DNA of 15,627 nt from Chthoniobacteraceae bacterium (GTDB taxonomy: Bacteria; Verrucomicrobiota; Verrucomicrobiia; Chthoniobacterales; Chthoniobacteraceae), in NCBI GenBank assembly GCA_040081625.1, contig JBEBGD010000123.1, positions 1-15,627 on the forward strand, read 5' to 3'. The position numbers and the translations under genes were made by a program. Shown here one piece after another: positions 1 to 5,436 of this stretch. The stretch's first letter is position 1. Each line of letters begins with the position of its first letter. The notes under the pieces were generated by a model. The model was not told where the DNA came from, searched no databases, and saw nothing but the letters and a program-made list of their open reading frames with translations.

Positions 1-122
1 CTTTGGGAGTGGTCATAAAAAGGGCGGCGAAGGTGGGGGCGGGTGCGGAGGCGCTCAAGCGGGAAAAAAATCTGCGCTACGCTTGCAACCGTCGCGAGAG
101 CGCGGGGTTCACGTCAGCCACG

Positions 123-608
123 ATGAAAAACCTCATACTCACCCTCACTGTCGCGGCCCTGGCCGCATCACCCCTCACCGCTTCGGCGGAAGACAAGAAG
201 CCTGACGGGCCGAAGCGCGAAGGCGCTGCGCGTCCCGGCGGCCCCGGCGGCCCCGGTGGTCAAGCCGGTCGTGTGAGCCCCGAGGAGCGCATGAAAAAGA
301 TGACCGAGACGCTCGGCTTGAACGCGGAGCAGGAAGGCAAGATCAAGGCGATCTTCGAGGGCGGCCGCGAAGAAATGGGCAAGCTGCGCGATCTTCCGGA
401 AGATCAACGCCGTGCGAAGTTCGGCGAGTTCATGAAGGCGCAGAACGAAAAGGTGCTCGCCGTGCTCACGCCCGAGCAGCAGGAGAAATATAAGACCGCG
501 ATGGCCGAGCGCATGAAGCAGGGCGGCGGCCCCGGCGGCCCCGGCGGCGAAGGCCGCAAGCGGCCTGAAGGTGGCAAGAGGCCCGAAGGCGGCGCGAAGA
601 AGGAATAA
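123..608 (+). CDS. Secreted Spy/CpxP-like (LTxxQ motif) helical protein with Gly/Pro-rich tails
   Basis: ATG at 123 gives a Sec-type signal peptide (MKNLILTLTVAALAASPLTASA|E). There are two LTxxQ-like motifs (LGLNAEQ, VLTPEQ) in a charged helical core, and GGPGGPGG repeats at both ends. TAA is at 606-608. The ORF-track extension from position 3 is unlikely to be translated. Confidence 0.75.
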   Translation: MKNLILTLTVAALAASPLTASAEDKKPDGPKREGAARPGGPGGPGGQAGRVSPEERMKKMTETLGLNAEQEGKIKAIFEGGREEMGKLRDLPEDQRRAKFGEFMKAQNEKVLAVLTPEQQEKYKTAMAERMKQGGGPGGPGGEGRKRPEGGKRPEGGAKKE

Positions 609-656
609 CCAGCACTCGAATACTTTCGTGCCGCCCACGGGCGGCGCGTCACAGCG

Positions 657-692
657 AGCGGGAGGCTTTCACGAGCCTCCCGCTTTGCTTTT
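657..692 (+). terminator. Rho-independent terminator
   Basis: Perfect 11-bp stem AGCGGGAGGCT (657-667) / AGCCTCCCGCT (674-684) with a 6-nt loop, followed by TTGCTTTT, about 50 nt after the stop of 123..608. A second GC hairpin lies just upstream at 627-648. Confidence 0.8.
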
Positions 693-699
693 GGTAGCA

Positions 700-826
700 G
701 TCATCCTGAGCGAAATCGAAGGACCTGTGACTTCTTTTCCTTCCGGAGAGAGCGTCGCGGCAGGGGGAAGATACTAGAGGTCCTTCGACTCCCCGTTCGG
801 CCTCGCTCAGGGTCGCTCAGGATGAC
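700..826. repeat. Solo REP-like palindromic element (inverted dimer of GTCATCCTGAGCGA...TCGAAGGACCT units), copy A
   Basis: Perfect 14-bp terminal inverted repeat GTCATCCTGAGCGA (700-713) / TCGCTCAGGATGAC (813-826). Inner inverted repeat TCGAAGGACCT (716-726) / AGGTCCTTCGA (778-788). The same arms occur in the repeats at 4247-4405 and 4792-4950. It lies between convergent genes. Confidence 0.85.
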
Positions 827-834
827 AGGGAGTG

Positions 835-1137
835 TCAGCTCTCGCGCAGCTTCGTCCGCCCGCCGCGGCGGCGGCGGAATTCGTCGAAGACCTCGTCGCA
901 GCCGTCGGTTTTGAGCTGATGCACGATGCGCAGCAGCTCGCCGAGCCGGCCTTTCGGGAAACCTTTCCGCTCGAACCACGCGAGGTATTCCACCGGCAGA
1001 TCGTAGAGCGGCACTCCGCGCGGTGGGAAATGATCCGGGCCGTATTTTCCGAACGGCATCGTTGATTTGGAAATCTCGGCGAGGTCGTGCGCGAGCCAGT
1101 CGCGGAGGCGGGATTCGAGTTCGTCGGGCGGAGTCAT
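835..1137 (-). CDS. DUF3820-family small protein (MPFGKY motif)
   Basis: MPFGKY...LYDLPVEYLAWFERKGFPKGRLGELL...LK matches the DUF3820 (QSregVF_b-type) pattern as I recall it. ATG at 1137 is preferred over the ORF-track start at 1164. Confidence 0.8.
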   Translation of the reverse strand: MTPPDELESRLRDWLAHDLAEISKSTMPFGKYGPDHFPPRGVPLYDLPVEYLAWFERKGFPKGRLGELLRIVHQLKTDGCDEVFDEFRRRRGGRTKLRES

Positions 1138-1261
1138 CGCGGAATTGGCAGTGCGCAGCGGCACAGCGCTGGCTTCTTTTCGTGGACCGTGCGCCCATTG
1201 ACAACGTTCGATCGATCACGGACAAACAGACTCCACCGAGCCGATCGCCTTTCTTAAAAAC

Positions 1262-2215
1262 ATGCATCTCGGACGACGCCATTTTCTTCATAGTGCCGGG
1301 CTGACTGCCATGGCGGGGTTTCTCGGAGCGGGCAATTCTTCCCGCGCAGCCGCCCGGACCGTGCAGCTCGCTCTCTCGGCGCAGGACCAGGCGGTGCTCG
1401 ACTGGCTTCGTGGGTTTGCATCCGAGGTGAGATTGATCGGCGGCGCGGTGCTCGCGCGGCTGCGGGGGGACGCGGTTGCGCCCGCGCGCTGGATCGCAGC
1501 GGTGAGAAATCTCCGCGTGCTCGGCGATGTGCTCGCGACGGCGAAGTTTCCCGGTCTCTACGCGAGCGGCAGCACGGTGTTTTTCATGGTCGGTGGACGC
1601 GAAGTGTCGGTCGAACTCCTGCCGGGGGAAGTGTTCGACGCACGGCTCGCGGAGCTGGCGGGAGCGCGCGTGGGTTTCGATCACGAGTCGCTCGCCTACG
1701 ATCCGGCGACGGGGCGACTGGCCGATCCGTTGCGCGCGAGTGGGACGCGCGGGCTGAGACTGACGCGCTCGACGCGGGAGGTGGCGGCGGCTTTCGCGCA
1801 ACTGCTCGACGGCTTCATCGAGTCGCGCCGGCTCGGGCTGGAGAGGACGCTCGGATTCAAACGGATGCGCAATCGCGTCTTCGGCGCGAGCGGTGCGCGG
1901 CCTGAAGTGGCTGAGGCCGTGTGCGCGGTGCTTTTCGCGCGGCTGGCGACGTGGACCGGCGGCGCGTCTGTCGAGGAAATCGAGGCGGTGCTCAAGTCGC
2001 GGCTCGTCGCGAGCAGCTTGCGGACGGCGCTCGGCATCAACGTTGCGGACGCGATCCGCGCCGCGAAAGCCGAACTGGCCGGCGACGGCGCGCCGAATCC
2101 TGCCGTTTGGATCGCCGCACTCCTCGGCGCCGACGCCGACACTGCTGCAGGCGGCTGGCTGCGCGGCGGCGACCGCTTCGATCAACTCCGCACCCGCGCC
2201 GCTCTCGCCGGCTAA
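1262..2215 (+). CDS. Tat-signal protein with a degenerate CCA-adding enzyme / poly(A) polymerase-like fold
   Basis: N-terminal GRRHFL followed by a hydrophobic stretch is a twin-arginine signal. EVRLIGGAVLARL resembles class II NTase motif A (xLVGGAVRD). FDHESLAYDPATGRLADPL resembles RRDFTINALAYDP..G.LIDP. The catalytic DxD and RRD are absent. Confidence 0.65.
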   Translation: MHLGRRHFLHSAGLTAMAGFLGAGNSSRAAARTVQLALSAQDQAVLDWLRGFASEVRLIGGAVLARLRGDAVAPARWIAAVRNLRVLGDVLATAKFPGLYASGSTVFFMVGGREVSVELLPGEVFDARLAELAGARVGFDHESLAYDPATGRLADPLRASGTRGLRLTRSTREVAAAFAQLLDGFIESRRLGLERTLGFKRMRNRVFGASGARPEVAEAVCAVLFARLATWTGGASVEEIEAVLKSRLVASSLRTALGINVADAIRAAKAELAGDGAPNPAVWIAALLGADADTAAGGWLRGGDRFDQLRTRAALAG

Positions 2216-2218
2216 CTT

Positions 2219-2235
2219 CTCTCAACTCTCAACTC
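2219..2235 (+). repeat. Short heptamer tandem repeat (CTCTCAA)x2.4
   Basis: CTCTCAA-CTCTCAA-CTC fills most of the 25-bp gap between the stop at 2215 and the ATG at 2241. Confidence 0.5.
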
Positions 2236-2240
2236 CTTCG

Positions 2241-2741
2241 ATGGCCGAACCTTTCCTTTCCGAAATCCGCATCATGTCCTTTGTCTTCCCACCGAAGGGC
2301 TGGGCGCTGTGCGACGGACAACTGCTCATGATCGCCCAGAACCAGGCGCTCTTCTCGCTGCTCGGCACGAATTACGGCGGAAACGGAATCACCAACTTTG
2401 GCCTGCCCGACCTGCGCGCGCGGACGCCGATCCACGTCGGCGGCACCCACGTGCTCGGCGAGCGCGGCGGCGAGCAGGGCCACACGCTTTCGATCGCGGA
2501 ATTGCCGACGCACACGCATGTGGCGAACGGATCGAACACGTCCGGAACGGCGATCGTCGCTGCGGGCAACCTGCTCGCCGGGACGGCCACTCAACTTTAC
2601 ACGGCGCCTCAGAATCTGGTCGCGCTCAACGCAGCGACGCTCGCGAATGCCGGCGGCGGCCAGGCCCACCAGAATATGCAGCCGTTTCTCACCCTGAGCT
2701 TCTGCATCGCGCTGCAGGGCATCTTTCCCTCACCAACCTAA
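2241..2741 (+). CDS. Phage tail-collar domain protein (microcystin-dependent-protein/MdpB-like), paralog 1
   Basis: MAEPFLSEIRIMSFVFPPKGWALCDGQLL...LFSLLGTNYGGNG...FGLPDLRAR is the tail-collar signature. It also has a PTHTH motif and a C-terminal CIALQGIFP. The real start is the ATG at 2241, not the ORF-track start at 1893. Confidence 0.9.
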   Translation: MAEPFLSEIRIMSFVFPPKGWALCDGQLLMIAQNQALFSLLGTNYGGNGITNFGLPDLRARTPIHVGGTHVLGERGGEQGHTLSIAELPTHTHVANGSNTSGTAIVAAGNLLAGTATQLYTAPQNLVALNAATLANAGGGQAHQNMQPFLTLSFCIALQGIFPSPT

Positions 2742-2751
2742 TCCACGCGCC

Positions 2752-3255
2752 ATGGCTCAACCTTATGTTGGTGAGATTCGGATGTTCGGGGGCAACTTCG
2801 CTCCCGCGGGCTGGATGTTCTGCGAAGGGCAGATCCTGCCGATTTCGGAGAATGAGACGCTCTTTCAGCTCATCGGCACGACCTACGGCGGCGACGGGCA
2901 GAACACCTTTGCACTCCCGGATTTGCGTGGACGCATTCCGATTCATCAAGGCAGCGGCTTCACCCTCGCCGAGACTGGCGGGGCGGAGGAGGTGACGCTG
3001 ACGACCAATCAGATTCCGGCGCACAGTCACCCGTTTCTGGGGACGACCAGCGTGGCCAACGACACGAATCCCGGCGGAAATGTCGTCGCGCAGGCGTCGT
3101 CATTTTTCCCCTACATCAATGCGCCAGCGACGACACCGATGGCGGCGCAGGCGGTGGGATCAGTCGGAGGAAGCCAGCCGCACAGTAACTTCCAGCCATA
3201 CCTCTGCGTGCATTTCATCATCTCGCTGTTCGGCATTTTTCCTTCACCGACTTAA
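2752..3255 (+). CDS. Phage tail-collar domain protein (MdpB-like), paralog 2
   Basis: MAQPYVGEIRMFGGNFAPAGWMFCEGQ...LIGTTYGGDGQNTFALPDLRGR, with PAHSH and a C-terminal IISLFGIFP. Confidence 0.92.
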   Translation: MAQPYVGEIRMFGGNFAPAGWMFCEGQILPISENETLFQLIGTTYGGDGQNTFALPDLRGRIPIHQGSGFTLAETGGAEEVTLTTNQIPAHSHPFLGTTSVANDTNPGGNVVAQASSFFPYINAPATTPMAAQAVGSVGGSQPHSNFQPYLCVHFIISLFGIFPSPT

Positions 3256-3258
3256 TCC

Positions 3259-3783
3259 ATGGCTGATCCATTCGTCGCCGAGATCCGCATTTTTCCATTC
3301 AACTTTGCACCAAGGGGCTGGGCGTGGTGCGACGGCCAGCTTCTGCCGCTGTCGCAAAACACGGCGCTCTTTTCGCTGTTGGGCACGACCTACGGTGGAA
3401 ACGGCAAGTCGAACTTTGCCCTGCCCAATCTGCAGGGTAGCGCGCCGATGCATCCGGGGCAGGGGCCGGGTCTCTCGCTTCACGATCTAGGAGAAACCCG
3501 CGGATCGGAAACTGTGACGCTGCTCGAGTCCGAGATCCCCGCGCACAGCCATGCGCTGATGGCGCAGACCGCTTCGGGCAGCAAGTCAACGCCGGCCGGG
3601 AACAGTTTCGCCCGAGTCAGCGGAGGCACGCCCTACCTGCCTCCGGCGGCGGCGGCCCTTACGGCCATGTCCGGTCAGGCGGTCGCGCCCGCAGGTGGCG
3701 ACGCGCCGCACAACAACATGATGCCGTATCTTACGTTTTACTTTTGCATCGCGTTGCAGGGCGTTTTTCCGCCACGGACTTGA
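3259..3783 (+). CDS. Phage tail-collar domain protein (MdpB-like), paralog 3
   Basis: MADPFVAEIRIFPFNFAPRGWAWCDGQLL...LLGTTYGGNGKSNFALPNLQG, with PAHSH and a C-terminal CIALQGVFP. It starts 3 nt after the paralog 2 stop. Confidence 0.92.
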   Translation: MADPFVAEIRIFPFNFAPRGWAWCDGQLLPLSQNTALFSLLGTTYGGNGKSNFALPNLQGSAPMHPGQGPGLSLHDLGETRGSETVTLLESEIPAHSHALMAQTASGSKSTPAGNSFARVSGGTPYLPPAAAALTAMSGQAVAPAGGDAPHNNMMPYLTFYFCIALQGVFPPRT

Positions 3784-4247
3784 GCGGATCGGCCCGGGTG
3801 CGACCTGCGCGTGGCGAGGACGTGGAGTTTCTATGCGCCGTCTATGCGAGCACGCGGGAGGAGGAGCTGGCGCTCACGGACTGGAGCGATGAGCAGAAGG
3901 CGGCGTTCTGCCGCCAGCAGTTCACCGCGCAGGACGCGCACTACCGGGCGCATTATCCGACCGCGGAGTATTCGATCATCGAGTGCGACGGCGTCGCGGT
4001 CGGACGGCTGTTTGTCGATCGCTGGGAAAAGGAAATCCGCATCATGGACATCGCGCTGCTGCCGGCGAATCGCGGGGCCGGGATCGGGACGCGGCTGCTG
4101 CTCGCGTTGCAGGAGGAAGCGCGGGCGGCGGGGAAGTCGCTGACGATCCACGTCGAGAAGTTCAACCCGGCGCTGCGGCTGTATGGGCGGATGGGGTTTC
4201 GCGTCCGGGAGGACAAGGCCGTGTATTTGCTGATGGAGTGGGTGTGA
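3780..4247 (+). CDS. GNAT family N-acetyltransferase
   Basis: Acetyl-CoA-binding motif A (DIALLPANRGAGIGTRLL) and motif B (NPALRLYGRMGF). The start is probably TTG at 3780, overlapping the upstream stop as TTGA (translational coupling). Confidence 0.9.
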   Translation: MSGSARVRPARGEDVEFLCAVYASTREEELALTDWSDEQKAAFCRQQFTAQDAHYRAHYPTAEYSIIECDGVAVGRLFVDRWEKEIRIMDIALLPANRGAGIGTRLLLALQEEARAAGKSLTIHVEKFNPALRLYGRMGFRVREDKAVYLLMEWV

Positions 4248-4405
4248 TGCGCGAAGCGCATCTCTCTCTGTCATCCTGAGCGAAGCGCCGGCGGGCGAAG
4301 GTGGTCGGCGCGTAGTCGAAGGACCTGTAATTTCTTCCCCGCCGCCTTCGCCCGGCCAAAGATGTTACAGGCCCTTCGGCTCGCTTCGCTCGCTCAGGGT
4401 GACAG
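4247..4405. repeat. 159-bp direct repeat, left copy (REP-like dimer, copy B)
   Basis: Aligns without gaps to 4792-4950 (offset 545) with 8 substitutions by my count. It has a leading hairpin GATGCGC-GAA-GCGCATC, outer arms CTGTCATCCTGAGCGA (4268-4283) / TCGCTCAGGGTGACAG (4390-4405), and inner arms at 4314-4330 / 4365-4381. Confidence 0.93.
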
Positions 4406-4432
4406 TGATCTCAGCGATTCGCGCCACGGCGC

Positions 4433-4738
4433 TCAATCGAACCAATCCGCCGCGAGATCTTCCCAGCGCGGGTTCATCGCGGTGATCAGCTTGTTCTTCT
4501 TCTCCCGCCGCCAGCCTTTCAGTTGCTTCTCGCGTGCGATGGCGTTTCGCACGTCGCCGAAGTGCTCGTGATAAACGAGGTGCCCGCAGTGGTATCGCTC
4601 TGAAAAGCTGCCGGGTTTGCTGCCGTTACGGTGCTGCCAGATGCGCACGCGCAGTTCGCTGGTGATGCCGATGTAGAGCGTCGAGCGAGTGTTGTTGCTC
4701 ACGATGTAAACCCAGTAGTCGTGCGACTCGGCGCTCAT
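4433..4738 (-). CDS. Stand-alone GIY-YIG nuclease family protein (~101 aa)
   Basis: YWVYIV...TLYIGIT..LRVRIWQH....F..RY....LVYHEHF....AIAREKQLKGWRREKK..LI...NPRWEDL. The VY/YIG motifs, the Arg, the His and the metal-binding Glu (AREK) are all present. ATG at 4738 is preferred over 4774. Confidence 0.92.
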   Translation of the reverse strand: MSAESHDYWVYIVSNNTRSTLYIGITSELRVRIWQHRNGSKPGSFSERYHCGHLVYHEHFGDVRNAIAREKQLKGWRREKKNKLITAMNPRWEDLAADWFD

Positions 4739-4791
4739 CTTGCAAACGATGATCACACGAAGCGGGTGGCGCAAACCTTCTGTCGTGAAGT

Positions 4792-4950
4792 ATGCGCGAA
4801 GCGCATCTCTCTCTGTCTTCCTGAGCGAAGCACCGGTGGGCGAGGGTGGTCGGCGCGTAGTCGAAGGACCTGTAATATCTTCCCCGCCGCCTTCGCCCGG
4901 CCAAAGATGTTACAGGTCCTTCGACTCGCTTCGCTCGCTCAGGATGACAG
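4792..4950. repeat. 159-bp direct repeat, right copy (REP-like dimer, copy C)
   Basis: Direct repeat of 4247-4405. It has a perfect 17-bp inner inverted repeat AGTCGAAGGACCTGTAA (4859-4875) / TTACAGGTCCTTCGACT (4910-4926), extendable to 23 bp with one G-T pair. The terminal arms are at 4813-4828 / 4935-4950. Confidence 0.93.
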
Positions 4951-4981
4951 GAGGCGGGGCGCCGTCCCCATTGCTCGCATC

Positions 4982-5281
4982 TTAGCTGAACACCGCCTCG
5001 AACTGCGACGCGTCCGCACTCGCGGCGGTCTGCACGAGGAAAATTTCCATCTCGCCGAGCGTGGCAAGTTCGAGGCGGTAGGTGTGCTGCGGGAGGCGAA
5101 GATTCGGCGCGCCGTGGAAGGTCAGCGCGAACGGTTCGCGCGGCGCTCCGGGACGGGCGGCGCCGAGCGGGCGGACTTCGGTGAGGGTGAGCGGGAGGCG
5201 GCCGTCGGTGAAGACGACCTCGAAAGTTTCGCCGACGTGCGGGGTGAAGGTGGCGCGATCGACCTGATCCAGTGCGAGCAT
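4982..5281 (-). CDS. DUF6916-like small beta protein
   Basis: F..HVGETF...LTLTEV......REPFALTFHG......PQHTYRL....LGEMEIFLV......FEAVFS matches the DUF6916 pattern as I recall it. That family typically occurs beside tail-collar and GNAT genes. ATG at 5281 is preferred over 5350. Confidence 0.8.
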   Translation of the reverse strand: MLALDQVDRATFTPHVGETFEVVFTDGRLPLTLTEVRPLGAARPGAPREPFALTFHGAPNLRLPQHTYRLELATLGEMEIFLVQTAASADASQFEAVFS

Positions 5282-5372
5282 GGCGGGAAGTTCGCGGAGC
5301 GATGACGCGAGCGCGAGCGCGAATCTGCGCGCGCCGGAAAATGAGGACAATTTCGACTCGCCAAATCCCGCG

Positions 5373-5384
5373 TGTCATATGACA
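5373..5384. promoter_or_regulatory. Perfect 12-bp palindrome TGTCATATGACA in a divergent intergenic region (candidate operator)
   Basis: AT-rich perfect palindrome between the divergent starts at 5281 (-) and 5437 (+). Function is inferred from position only. Confidence 0.35.
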
Positions 5385-5436
5385 TTTCACGTCGCCTGCG
5401 CCGACACCGAAACGAAACCCAAACGCTCTGCCTGCC

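Larger units (their letters stand above)
4247..4950 (-). mobile_element. Putative REP-flanked GIY-YIG nuclease cassette
   Basis: A single small nuclease gene is enclosed by two about 95% identical palindromic direct repeats and sits between the convergent GNAT and DUF6916 genes. A solo relative of the repeat is at 700-826. Mobility is inferred; I found no target-site duplication. Confidence 0.5.

Noticed and set aside
234..594. CCCGGCGGC and KRPEGG-coding repeats in the Spy-like gene
   Set aside because: Ordinary low-complexity Gly/Pro tails of this protein type, with no independent DNA-level feature.
1198..1226. Sigma70 promoter from the perfect TTGACA at 1198-1203
   Set aside because: The hexamer at 17-bp spacing (GACAAA) is a poor -10 match, so it cannot be supported from sequence alone.
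701..2185. 494-aa minus-strand ORF
   Set aside because: It overlaps the Tat protein antisense, the DUF3820 gene out of frame and the repeat. Its Arg-rich low-information composition indicates an artefact.
2241..3783. Prophage or tailocin remnant
   Set aside because: Only collar-domain genes are present, intact and embedded among host-type genes. There are no other phage structural, lysis or integration genes in the window.
4286..4293. Apparent compensatory change CGCCGGCG (copy B) vs CACCGGTG (copy C)
   Set aside because: Both are 8-bp palindromes, but as a hairpin this gives only a 2-bp stem. Two transitions in GC-rich DNA could be chance, so it is not reported as covariation.
700..4950. 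Repeats as a CRISPR array
   Set aside because: There are only three long, self-complementary copies, irregularly spaced, with no repeat-spacer periodicity and no cas genes.
4235..4962. Classical IS or composite transposon with target-site duplication
   Set aside because: There is no DDE or HUH transposase, and the flanks (..GGGTGTG left, GAGGCGG.. right) show no duplication.
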